Shown here: positions 7,706 to 16,286 of the stretch, in pieces | Position numbering within the stretch: position 1 is the first letter of the stretch | Layout of the letters: each line of letters opens with the position of its first letter | Assembly: GCF_000020025.1 (NCBI RefSeq) | Contig: NC_010630.1 | Span: forward strand, 60,001 to 92,000 | Direction: 5' to 3' | Source: Nostoc punctiforme PCC 73102 | GTDB lineage: Bacteria > Cyanobacteriota > Cyanobacteriia > Cyanobacteriales > Nostocaceae | DNA: 32,000 bases | Made by a program: the position numbers and the translations under genes | The notes under the pieces: generated by a model | The model's database searches: none | What the model saw: the letters and a program-made list of their open reading frames with translations, nothing else | What the model was told of the DNA's origin: nothing

Positions 7706-8953
7706 CTAAATCACGAAATTTTCTGTTATTTGGCAACTATCAAGAGTCACTTGGATGCTAAAACGTTCCCCCACTTCCCCATCAAATAGTTTCAATTGCA
7801 CGTACATATCTTGAACTCTTGCTTGTACTTCTTGAAGTATTTCCCCTTGCTCTGAAAGTAAAACTAGCTTGATATTAGCGGGTAGGTAAGGTTGATTACA
7901 AGCTGGATGTAGTTGCACACGAATACTAACTTGTTGGTTAACCTCTGGCATTAAGGCAACTAATAAGATAACTTTCTGTGCCTCTATTTGCATTCCCAAG
8001 TCAATCAATTTGGCGCGTTTGATAGCGGCAGCATTTAACCCAGAAGAACTACGAAAATTAAAAGCTAGGCTACTGGTATTTGGCTCAAAAAAAGTCTCTA
8101 TAGCTTGCCAAGAAGCATCGTAAATCTGAAGAAGCCAACGACTGAGATTCACTTGCACTTGGGAAAATTGCGTAGGCACAGCCCGTCGTAGACATCGCTG
8201 ATGCTGTTCATATAAGCATTGCCGCCATTGTTCATTATCCAGTAGTGCTGCCCAGGTTGTAAAAGGTACTGCTAGCCTCACAAATGTGACTGAAGAATCG
8301 CTTAACAGTTGCTGCATATTTTCTGCTTGAGCAGTCGATAATTCTGGTAGTGGAGCGATCGCAGCTTTCATCTCCTCTTTTATACAAAATTGGTAGGTTA
8401 TCCAAAAAGCATTAAGGTCTTTAATTAAGTACCGTGCATCTATACAATAAGTTCTATCTACTTGGTCATAGTGTGCCAGTGATTTAAGTTCCTGATGGGT
8501 TATATAACCCCAAATTCTTACCCACTCGCCATCTGGTGTGACTTGTACTGCTAAATAATAGTCTGCTACCCAACTGGGAATGTCTACCCATTCTTGAGGG
8601 ACTTCTAACTCGCTATCATCAATTGCCTCGCTGGGAATTAAAACAACTCGCTTTTCCTCTAACAGAATTGCTGTGCCATTGACAAATTCCCAAAAAGCAG
8701 GGATACCGGGTGAACTGTACCAAACACTTGCTTTTGAAACAGATTCAGTTTTTATCCAATTCAAAAACGCATAGAGGCAAATTTGATTTGTGTAAGCACA
8801 CCAGCGACTGCTAGGTGTAGCGTAAACTTGACTTTCTTGCCAAGCACTTTTCTGTAGTGATGGTGATATCTCTAACAATATTTCTTGCGGTTCTGTAAAA
8901 TCTAAAGTCATTTTTGCTACCTCATCTTTCATGATATCAACTTGATTCGCCAT
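7706..8953 (-). CDS. DUF1822-like protein (cyanobacterial family of unknown function)
   Basis: 415-aa ORF. Its ATG (8953) overlaps the end of the sigma-factor gene by 17 nt. Size, position next to a sigma factor, and the N-terminal pattern (..YATPSSRWCAYTNQICLYAFLNWIK..) match my recollection of DUF1822 proteins. This needs HMM confirmation. Confidence 0.55.
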   Translation of the reverse strand: MANQVDIMKDEVAKMTLDFTEPQEILLEISPSLQKSAWQESQVYATPSSRWCAYTNQICLYAFLNWIKTESVSKASVWYSSPGIPAFWEFVNGTAILLEEKRVVLIPSEAIDDSELEVPQEWVDIPSWVADYYLAVQVTPDGEWVRIWGYITHQELKSLAHYDQVDRTYCIDARYLIKDLNAFWITYQFCIKEEMKAAIAPLPELSTAQAENMQQLLSDSSVTFVRLAVPFTTWAALLDNEQWRQCLYEQHQRCLRRAVPTQFSQVQVNLSRWLLQIYDASWQAIETFFEPNTSSLAFNFRSSSGLNAAAIKRAKLIDLGMQIEAQKVILLVALMPEVNQQVSIRVQLHPACNQPYLPANIKLVLLSEQGEILQEVQARVQDMYVQLKLFDGEVGERFSIQVTLDSCQITENFVI

Positions 8954-10127
8954 ACTTAACTCTCAACCATTCTTCCAAAGCAGTACTCATATCTTTAACT
9001 TGGTTGGAATTTACAGAAATATTAAAGGTCTCTTGAGTCCATTGGATCAATGCTGTCAGCAAGGATTCTCTAGCTTTGAATAGCCTGCGAGAAACAGTAG
9101 GCTGACTCATTTGTAGGTGTTGTACAATCTGTGGCTGAGTTAGCCCCTGTTGGTAGTAAAGTTTAAGTATTTCCTTGGTTTTAGTCTCAAAAGTTTGTAA
9201 AGTTTTTAACAAGATAGCTTGAATCTGAGATTGTTGATTTTGTTGGTGTTGGGCATCCTCTTCGGCTATCATCTCAGCGATTAATGAATCAGAGGATGGA
9301 TCTGGCAAATCAAGAGTTGCTATGGAGTCATCTTCTGATATAGCTAAATTTAGAGAACTAACAGGTGGATAAAGATAAGCACGCACGTAAATAGCTGCTT
9401 GAGTTAACCACTGTTCAATTTTCTCTCTCGTGCATTGTGGAGTAGGTTGAGTTAATTGATTTTGTCGTTCGCGGTTGTAGAGGTTGGCAATAGCTTCCCA
9501 AATTTGGCGTTCTGGTTCTGGTAGTGCCTTTATGCCTCCTGGTTGGTTTTGCACATACAGTTCTTTGAAACAATTCCAGGCAAGCCGATATTGGGCAATG
9601 ATAGCAGGTGATAATCCAGCTTTATCCAGAGCTTCTAAGAACTGCTTTTTGCTTACTTTGCGTAACAATCCCCAATTTGTGCAAATATCAGCTTCCTTAC
9701 GTTGGCGTAAAATATCTTTTAGCCGACTGGGAAGTGCCATAGTAGCATAAGCTTTTAAACTAGAACATTTTTCTGGATTAAAGCTTTTGAGAACCGTTTC
9801 AATTTCAGCACTCGCCATTTGAAAGTAATCTGCCAAGCTGTATTGGCTATTGGTAAATTTAGCAATTGTTTTTTTAGCACTCCAGTAACTTGGTTCTTGT
9901 AAATAAGCAGACAAATGCATTCTGGCAAGGTGATTAGATTGCTTTCGCCAATGCTTGTGCCAATATAGTGCCCAAAAGTTTTCTGAGTTAGGGACTAACG
10001 GTGAATACTCCAAGCAATTTTGAATGCTTCGATGTAGTTTGATATCAATCAACCATTTGCTGAATCTGTCTCTTTCCAAATGAACAAAGGTTGAGAACAT
10101 CTCGGTAATTTCTTGACGAGGACGCAT
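8937..10127 (-). CDS. Sigma-70-family RNA polymerase sigma factor (divergent, long N-terminal part)
   Basis: The ORF-track start at 10133 is TTG; the first ATG is at 10127. A clear region-4 HTH is present: ILKLYYQQGLTQPQIVQHLQMSQPTVSRRLFKARESLL. An acidic linker (SEDDSIATLDLPDPSSDSLIAEMIAEEDAQ) precedes it. Confidence 0.8.
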   Translation of the reverse strand: MRPRQEITEMFSTFVHLERDRFSKWLIDIKLHRSIQNCLEYSPLVPNSENFWALYWHKHWRKQSNHLARMHLSAYLQEPSYWSAKKTIAKFTNSQYSLADYFQMASAEIETVLKSFNPEKCSSLKAYATMALPSRLKDILRQRKEADICTNWGLLRKVSKKQFLEALDKAGLSPAIIAQYRLAWNCFKELYVQNQPGGIKALPEPERQIWEAIANLYNRERQNQLTQPTPQCTREKIEQWLTQAAIYVRAYLYPPVSSLNLAISEDDSIATLDLPDPSSDSLIAEMIAEEDAQHQQNQQSQIQAILLKTLQTFETKTKEILKLYYQQGLTQPQIVQHLQMSQPTVSRRLFKARESLLTALIQWTQETFNISVNSNQVKDMSTALEEWLRVKYGESS

Positions 10128-10526
10128 AAGCAATACAAAAGACCCTTATCTTTTATCCGACATAACCTACGATAAACACCTTTTCTCCCTTAACACTACT
10201 ACAATTTTTGTATAAAATTATACTGTATAATTTCAGGGGTGAAACTTGTGCAGACTCAATGAAATGCACAAAATATAAAACGATAGAATCAGGGGTTGGC
10301 AACTTCTCGGGGAATAGCGAAGAGTTCTTTAATCCCAGATAAAATCTGGGACTACGTTATCTGTTGGATTCCCTTTCATGCTCAATCCAATTGTATTACT
10401 CTATTACATTCGACTAAACTTTCCAGCGTTCGCTGGAAAGTTTAGTATGCGCTCCGCCAGTGACGACGGATTTGGATGTAAGGCAAGTTCAAAAACGACA
10501 AATACCAACCGTTCCACATCGGGATA

Positions 10527-10735
10527 GAGATATCTGACCTGACTTTTCCCGTTAAGTCTTGAAAGGCTTACTGGCAAAAGATTTAAGAAACAGCACAGCA
10601 AATACGGTACAGTAATTGAAATCAGGTGCTAAAGGTGACAAGCAATGCTGGACTGGTGGGAGAAAAATTTTGCAACCTTAGAACTGGGCGATTACCTACG
10701 GTAGGCTTCTCTACGAGACGCTCCGCGAACGCCAA
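10527..10735 (-). mobile_element. Remnant of an IS end plus a short dispersed repeat, in inverted orientation relative to 13356-13430
   Basis: gacttttcccgttaagtct (10540-10558) is the reverse complement of agacttaacgggaaaagtc at 13397-13415. cttctctacgagacgctccgcgaa (10703-10726) is the reverse complement (1 mismatch) of ttcgcgtagcgtctcgtagagaag at 13356-13379. No intact transposase is present. Confidence 0.4.
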
Positions 10736-10794
10736 CGCCGATTAAATGAGCGTGCAATGTCGATAGGCTATGCTCTCAGTCTTGGATAAGGCAT

Positions 10795-11198
10795 TGCACT
10801 GTCGGAGATGATGGTAGTGTCCGCTTGTGGGATTTGCAAGGTCAGCAGTTATCTAAATTCACTGCCCATCAAGGTTCGGTTAGGAGTCTCAGTTTAAGCC
10901 CAAATGGTCAACAACTGGCTACTGCTGGAGAAGATCGTACTATGCGTTTATGGAATTTACAGGGTGAGCGGTTGGCAGAATTTTCAGCAAATTCTCGGAA
11001 CGTTATTTTTGGTCCAGATGGTCAACGATTAGCTACCGTAGGAGTTGATGGTAATGCTAAGTTAAGTTATGGCAAATTGAAACGTTTGAGGAATTGTTGA
11101 AGCAGGGTTGCGGTTGGGCGCGTGATTATCTGAAAAATAATTCTAATGTTAATGAGAGCGATCGCACTTTGTGTAATGATATCGGCACTCAAAAGTGA
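10795..11198 (+). pseudogene. 3' fragment of a WD40-repeat protein gene, 5'-truncated and frameshifted
   Basis: WD repeats are present (GDDGSVRLWDLQG, SPNGQQLATAGEDRTMRLWNLQG, GPDGQRLATVGVDGNAKL). A tandem 5-bp duplication aagtt|aagtt (11059-11068) shifts the frame. The conserved tail WQIETFEELLKQGCGWARDYLKNNSNVNESDRTLCNDIGTQK* continues in the +1 frame to 11198. Confidence 0.75.
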
Positions 11199-11259
11199 AC
11201 TATTCGCGCTACCGAAGGCTGCTTTCAACTTCGCACAGTCAAACACAACTGTTCAAGAA

Positions 11260-11388
11260 ATCATATTATGTCCGGTTAAACACTTGTCATTGCGAACGAA
11301 GTGAAGCAATCCCATAGACTTTGTGATTGCTTCACTTCGTTCCACTGCGTTGCACTCGCAATGACATAATTTGCCGGACATGATATCA
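11260..11388. mobile_element. Nested-hairpin MITE (~125 bp)
   Basis: Three concentric inverted repeats: atgtccgg (11268-11275) / ccggacat (11374-11381); tgtcattgcga (11285-11295) / tcgcaatgaca (11357-11367); cgaagtgaagcaatc (11297-11311) / gattgcttcacttcg (11325-11339). Confidence 0.7.
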
Positions 11389-11392
11389 AAAC

Positions 11393-11640
11393 CCTTGCAG
11401 GGCATACTAACAAGGTTTGGGCGCGAGTTTCTCACCCAATGGTAAAACAGTGGCTTCTGCATCCGGCGATGGGACAGTAATTTTGGGGAATTTTGATTTA
11501 GATAATTTATTAATTAATATGTGTGATTTAATACTAAAAATTCCAGTAAAAATTCTGAAGTTAATGTGAAAGATCGGAAATTGTGCAATCTAATTGGGAA
11601 TAAGCGTTCACCGATTTTTTGCACTAGTCAGCGACTCTCA
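11393..11640 (+). pseudogene. Second WD40-protein 3' fragment, multiply frameshifted
   Basis: It begins right after the MITE. GHTNKVW is in one frame, then SFSPNGKTVASASGDGTVILGNFDLDNLL, then in another frame KNSSKNSEVNVKDRKLCNLIGNK. This is the same C-terminal tail type as the fragment at 10795-11198. Confidence 0.5.
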
Positions 11641-11890
11641 CCAAGGGTTATAAATGTAGCTCTTATTTTCCTTGAGAATTTATATAAACTATTCCAACTA
11701 AGTGAATAGGTTGATTGAACCTGAACCTATTTAAAAGTGGAAGCAGAGAAAACAATTACCTTAAGGTGTTCTTTCTGCATTACATCGCACTTTACAAATA
11801 ACTGCTGTTGTTGCAGGTATCTCGGCAAATACCCAAAGTCAACCTATTAATTATTGACACTCTCACAAAATTACAAGAGGAATAACTTAA

Positions 11891-12130
11891 ATGTTGAATC
11901 AACGTGTTTTGGCTGGTCTATTGGCTGTTTCAACCGTAATGACTACTCTTGCTGTTAATGCTTCTCCTTCTTCTGCTGCTATTAGAATCGATGTTTCTCC
12001 ATCTTATACGGCTACCAAATTTACTAAGAAGATGACACTAGCTAAACGCCCTCCTAATATTTTGGAATGGAACCGAAAATACCGCAAGTTTTGTGCAACA
12101 GTTACAAAAGCTCCAATTTGTAAGAGATAA
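11891..12130 (+). CDS. Small secreted basic protein (79 aa), unknown function
   Basis: AGAGGA lies 8 nt upstream of the ATG. The N-terminal signal peptide is MLNQRVLAGLLAVSTVMTTLAVNASPSSA. The mature part is Lys/Arg-rich with 2 Cys. A hairpin follows the gene. Confidence 0.5.
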   Translation: MLNQRVLAGLLAVSTVMTTLAVNASPSSAAIRIDVSPSYTATKFTKKMTLAKRPPNILEWNRKYRKFCATVTKAPICKR

Positions 12131-12163
12131 TAACCTTTAAGTAAATTAAAAAACACCTACCTA

Positions 12164-12212
12164 AAAAGTGTACTGCAATTATTAAAACCAATACTTACAG
12201 TACACTTTTATT
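12164..12212 (+). terminator. Possible terminator hairpin after the 79-aa ORF
   Basis: 12-bp stem aaaagtgtactg (12164-12175) / cagtacactttt (12198-12209), followed by a T-rich run. The loop is large (22 nt), so confidence is modest. Confidence 0.35.
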
Positions 12213-12382
12213 AACTGTAGCCGTATGCGCGTAAGCAGGTATGTTCAATCTGTTGATTGCCAGTCATGGAATAAGTTATCAGGCTTATTTGATAAAAGCT
12301 TAGTAAATTGCTGAAAAGGGATAAATATTTCTAATATTCTGAAAAAAGATTTTTCAGAAATTAGCTTTTTGCTTTATATAGA

Positions 12383-12476
12383 TAGGACTTACGCACAACA
12401 TAACGAAAGTAGCAGTAATTCATGAATTACCGCTACCGAATAATCAACTTTTCAGTCATATTTTGCGTAAGTCCTA
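12383..12476. mobile_element. MITE (94 bp) with 13-bp perfect terminal inverted repeats and an inner palindrome
   Basis: taggacttacgca (12383-12395) / tgcgtaagtccta (12464-12476). The inner palindrome is gtagcagtaattca|tgaattaccgctac (12409-12436). Confidence 0.65.
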
Positions 12477-12520
12477 GTAGAAATGTTTAGTTGTTAGACA
12501 TTAGAATAGGAAAAATTTAA

Positions 12521-12889
12521 ATGTTAGACACATTTGGTGCGTTTGAACAAGGTTTTATCTTATCTCAAAAAGCACTTGATTATTTAATGGAATGGAATAC
12601 TGAAGCTGAAATTGCTTCTAGTATTTCTCAGACAGCCCAACAAGTTGTTGAAATATTGGTTAATGTTCCTGGTATGACAATGGCTCATAGTAGAGATTTT
12701 CAAAGATCAATGCCCCATTTTACGCTAAAAGATAAAACTGTGGTTAAAATTTACATAAATCCAGCACAAGTAAAACATATATTTTTAGCAGACTGCAACC
12801 ATAAAATGGTCTTTGGAGGTTACGTAGGTTGGATTCACACAAAAGAACTAAATAAAGCTATAGATAATATAAAGAAAAATTTTAACTAA
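12521..12889 (+). CDS. Hypothetical protein (122 aa)
   Basis: Open frame only; weak SD; I recognise no motif. Confidence 0.35.
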   Translation: MLDTFGAFEQGFILSQKALDYLMEWNTEAEIASSISQTAQQVVEILVNVPGMTMAHSRDFQRSMPHFTLKDKTVVKIYINPAQVKHIFLADCNHKMVFGGYVGWIHTKELNKAIDNIKKNFN

Positions 12890-13024
12890 TTACTAATTCG
12901 TAATAATCAAAGGGTGATAGTGATGATAGTTAAAAATCACGATCTAAATAATTGAGAAAAACCCTACTAAAAATGAAGAGATTTTTTTAGACCATCTATT
13001 AAAATCGCTAAATCAATCTCGATT

Positions 13025-13225
13025 CACAAAAATTGCTCTCAGGGGCAGCACCATCGCTACGTATGTTGCCGACAGGCAGTTGATTATGGTGGCGATAAGT
13101 GCCAGCAACTAGCAGGAGCCGCACTTGATAAGTTTGTGAGCCAGCAGGTTTTACAAGCGCTTGAGCCTGCGGCTTTAGAACTATCTTTGGAGACAGCATC
13201 CCATCTCGAACAAGAAGTTAGTTGG
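13025..13225 (+). pseudogene. Internal fragment of a large serine recombinase (zinc-ribbon / coiled-coil region)
   Basis: Translates HHRYVCCRQAVDYGGDKCQQLAGAALDKFVSQQVLQALEPAALELSLETASHLEQE. This is the Y-x-C...C-Q..(I/L)-x-G..LD..V...VL.AL.PAALE pattern of large serine recombinases. There is no N-terminal catalytic domain and no start codon. Confidence 0.5.
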
Positions 13226-13430
13226 GCTGTCGAAGCGTTGGCGAAGCCCGCCGTAGGCATCGCTCGTCTTGGCGGCTACCTAGAACATCGAAGCAAAACA
13301 CCAATTGGTATCCAGGTACTGTGGCGAGGTTGGTTAAAATTACACGACCTCTGTGTTCGCGTAGCGTCTCGTAGAGAAGGTTGGCAGCTTGCAAAAGAGA
13401 CTTAACGGGAAAAGTCAGATATCTGACCTC
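13226..13430 (+). mobile_element. 3' remnant of an IS4/Tn5-like IS (transposase C-terminal tail plus element end)
   Basis: Reads GIARLGGYLEHRSKTPIGIQVLWRGWLKLHDLC, the typical extreme C-terminus of IS4-family transposases. It is fused in frame to the recombinase fragment through a short dispersed repeat (gcgaagcccgccgtaggcatcgc, 13244-13266). The end sequence agacttaacgggaaaagtcagatatctgac lies at 13397-13426. Confidence 0.45.
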
Positions 13431-13672
13431 TACTAGCTCACCTCTTACCAGGGATCACAAAATTTACTCAATGTTATGAGTTTTTACATAGCAGTTAAAG
13501 TATTTGAGAATATCCGAAATGCCCAGTAAAGATTGATAACTGAGTTTAAGCTGTTAAAGCTTTTTTGGGACAGTTAGATCGAGTTTGGGGCAACGAGGTA
13601 AAAAAACTAGGCGAGAGGTGACAAATTGGGGTATAAGGTTACGTAAAGAACTATTATCGTCACCTAGTTTTT

Positions 13673-14641
13673 ATGTCCGGTCGCATCCTGAAAGTCAATA
13701 ATAATACTTTGCCTTCCGTGCTGGATTGGTGGACTCAGCCGGATGTGTTGGCGATGTTGTTGTCGGAGAAGCGTAGTGAGTCCACGCGGAAAGCTTATGA
13801 TCGGGACATTAAAGATTTTTTTACCAAGATGTTTGCGGTGGAATCGACGGCGGAATGGGTGGTGCGATTTTTGGCACTGCCGGGGGCGCAAGCACTCTTG
13901 TGGGTGGTCAAGTACAAAGCCAAGATGATTGAGCAGAGGTTATCGGAGGCCACGGTTAACCGGCGGTTGTCAGCTCTACGGGCGCTGGTGCATAAGGGTA
14001 GAGTGTTGGGGGTTTGTGGTTACACCTTGGAGGATATTAAGGGTGAGACTGTCATTAAATACCGAGATACCAGTGGTGTTACTCCCCAGGAATTTAAGCA
14101 GATACTTTTGACTTGCGATCCAACAACGGCGAAGGGGGTCAGGGATTATGCTTTGCTGCGCTTGCTTTGGGATAATGCGCTACGACGGGGGGAGATTGCG
14201 AAGTTAAAGATGGGGGATTTTGACCGTCAAAATAGCAAACTGCTGATTTTGGGTAAGGGAAGGGGTAGTCAACGGGAGACGATTGATTTAACTCCTAAGA
14301 CTAGGGATGCAATTTGTTATTGGTTGGCGTTTCGGGGGTTGGCATCAACTAAGGATGCGTTGTTTGTGGCGTTGGATCTGAATACGCCGGGGCATCCTTT
14401 GACGGATACGGGGATTGCCAAGATGGTAAGAACACGGGCGAAAAAGGCGAATATTAGTAAGCCGTTAAGTCCGCACCGCATTCGGCACAGTTCGATTACG
14501 GCGGCGTTGGATGCGGGGCAGAGTGTGCGGGAGGTGCAGAAACTCAGTCGGCACACCAAGTTGGAGACGTTAATGATTTATGACGATAATCGACAGCAGC
14601 ACCAGTTGAAGGTGAGTAGCGTGCTGGCGGATTTGGTTTGA
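13673..14641 (+). CDS. Tyrosine recombinase / phage-type integrase
   Basis: 322-aa ORF with the R..HxxR..(H)Y catalytic pattern: ALRRGEIAKL, SPHRIRHSSITAALDAG, LSRHTKLETLMIYD. It is markedly GC-richer than the flanks (35 of 60 G+C counted in line 13861-13920). Confidence 0.9.
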   Translation: MSGRILKVNNNTLPSVLDWWTQPDVLAMLLSEKRSESTRKAYDRDIKDFFTKMFAVESTAEWVVRFLALPGAQALLWVVKYKAKMIEQRLSEATVNRRLSALRALVHKGRVLGVCGYTLEDIKGETVIKYRDTSGVTPQEFKQILLTCDPTTAKGVRDYALLRLLWDNALRRGEIAKLKMGDFDRQNSKLLILGKGRGSQRETIDLTPKTRDAICYWLAFRGLASTKDALFVALDLNTPGHPLTDTGIAKMVRTRAKKANISKPLSPHRIRHSSITAALDAGQSVREVQKLSRHTKLETLMIYDDNRQQHQLKVSSVLADLV

Positions 14642-14903
14642 TGGTGTCTAGTTGCCAATCGGAACTAAGAGGAGTGCCAGTTTTTTGCGTACAACAAATA
14701 TGAAATACAGGTTTTTAGATATTCAGTGCTGGTGGCTGGTAGATAGCAACTTTGCCCCATACCCTTGTATTGCCTGAACTAGCTGTAAAATCGACATAAG
14801 CATCCAATGTTAGAATAACTGACCTTACTCCAATTGGTAGTATAGTTCTTACTTTAACCGCCAATATATAAGTTTAATAAAGTAGAATTTGGAGAATGGC
14901 GAA

Positions 14904-15290
14904 ATGATTATCAACCGACCCCAATGGCAACTATCACTAATAGAATCAGACAACAGAATCAGTGCGGAGTTAGTGGTGTTTGATGAGCAAATATTCTCCA
15001 ACATTTTGGCAGCAATCCAACGTGATTGGCAGCAGGTGGTTCAGGACTTCTACACTGCTGAAAGAAGAAATTTCAACACCATTACTCCACTTGGTGATTT
15101 AGAGACAATTGAAATTGTTCAGCCGCTAACAATCAAAGTCAAAGATGATTATATTATGGGCAGGAATCAGGTAAGTTGTTTGCTGTGGGCGATGAGAGAT
15201 TTACTTGAACCTAGAGAGTCTGTTGAACTACGTAAAATTTGCAACTCTCGCAAAAAACCTGACAGTAATATTTTTCAATTGCACGGTTGA
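14904..15290 (+). CDS. Hypothetical protein (128 aa)
   Basis: The ORF-track start at 14889 is TTG. ATG 14904 lies 9 nt after GGAG (14891-14894). I recognise no motif. Confidence 0.4.
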   Translation: MIINRPQWQLSLIESDNRISAELVVFDEQIFSNILAAIQRDWQQVVQDFYTAERRNFNTITPLGDLETIEIVQPLTIKVKDDYIMGRNQVSCLLWAMRDLLEPRESVELRKICNSRKKPDSNIFQLHG

Positions 15291-15425
15291 GCTTAATCTA
15301 ACTCGGCAAGCAGTTCATCGCCAATTAAAAGACTGAGAAGCAAACAATAATCATCTAAGAAATGTCTAAAAAGCTCTGTTCACAGACATTTTATTCACGA
15401 TTATACATTGCTGTTTGACACAAAT

Positions 15426-16280
15426 TCATATATTAGTAACTATCTGATTTTCTGACGGATGTTTGTAATGAGGCTGATTAATCGAGGGACATAAATAGTC
15501 AAAAGAATTATCAGTATGTTCAAGTTGCATATTCCGGGGTGCATTTAAAGCAATGACTGCATCGCCAATCTTTTCACAACGCTTGCAGTCACAGGCTGCT
15601 GCTCCTTGAGCCAATATCTCTTTTAGGTTACTGGCAATATTGATAAATCCCCTAGTTTTTGAATTTTTGGGTAGTTGGGAGGCAATTTGAACTAATTGCT
15701 CAATTTCTGAAGGGTATTGCACTAACAGAAACTGGTCAATTTGACATTTGCTACGACAAGTCTTTACATCTCCAAATTCATCAGCAAACTGCTTTAATCC
15801 TGTTGCTGCATTTTGCAAATCAAGGTTAAGCGCTCCTTGGGCGCGGGCGCAGGCGGTAGGATCTGTGTTGGTATTGTTAAACTTTTTTCTGAGTAGAAGT
15901 TCAAAACGTTTGATATAAATTCCTAAAATAGCAAGGGCTTTTTCTTTATCTTGGGGACTGCTAAAGTTAAGTTGATGCGTGCTAAAAAGTTGGGGTATAA
16001 GTTGTAAAATAGCTTTGAGTTCGCTAGTCTTAAATCTATTACTCCACAGAGTAATAGCATCTCCAATATTGTTGATAGTTTCTAGACGCAGGACAAAGTA
16101 GAAGGAAATAAGATTAATCAGATAACTTCGCTTCATCTCCATCTGAACATAGTTAGAGATATAAAGCGGTTGGTCAGTAAATTGAGATTCAAAATACTGC
16201 TTATAGACTTGTGTACCTAGTAGCAGAGAACGTAGAACCGAGGTGTCTAAAAAGTGTTGAGGAACAGAATTATCATCCAT
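15426..16280 (-). CDS. PIN-like nuclease-fold protein with a ~130-aa Cys-containing helical insert
   Basis: 284 aa. The PIN acidic residues are in their usual contexts: FLDTSVL (D12), YVQMEMK (E48), KIGDAVIALNAP, LEHTDNSFDYLC. About 185 aa (instead of ~50) separate the second and third acidic positions, and that stretch contains TACARA, KTCRSKCQ and AACDCKRCEK. Confidence 0.5.
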   Translation of the reverse strand: MDDNSVPQHFLDTSVLRSLLLGTQVYKQYFESQFTDQPLYISNYVQMEMKRSYLINLISFYFVLRLETINNIGDAITLWSNRFKTSELKAILQLIPQLFSTHQLNFSSPQDKEKALAILGIYIKRFELLLRKKFNNTNTDPTACARAQGALNLDLQNAATGLKQFADEFGDVKTCRSKCQIDQFLLVQYPSEIEQLVQIASQLPKNSKTRGFINIASNLKEILAQGAAACDCKRCEKIGDAVIALNAPRNMQLEHTDNSFDYLCPSINQPHYKHPSENQIVTNI

Positions 16281-16286
16281 CCTGGG

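Noticed and set aside
9484-9750. 88-aa plus-strand ORF
   Set aside because: It is antisense to the sigma-factor gene, with no motif or SD.
10404-10601. 65-aa minus-strand ORF
   Set aside because: It reads across the IS-end remnant and a 15-bp perfect hairpin (10414-10445), so it is debris rather than a gene.
11253-11462. 69-aa minus-strand ORF
   Set aside because: Its translation (..HCECNAVERSEAITKSMGLLHFVRNDKC..) is just the nested-hairpin MITE plus the WD40 fragment read backwards.
13136-13405. 89-aa ORF as an intact gene
   Set aside because: It is a chimeric read-through of a serine-recombinase fragment, a short dispersed repeat and an IS4-type transposase tail. It is annotated as pseudogene/mobile remnants instead.
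13664-14559. ORFs 13664-13891(-), 13743-13928(+), 13929-14111(+), 14317-14559(-)
   Set aside because: These are shadow frames kept open by the high GC content of the tyrosine-recombinase gene. The recombinase frame carries the catalytic motifs.
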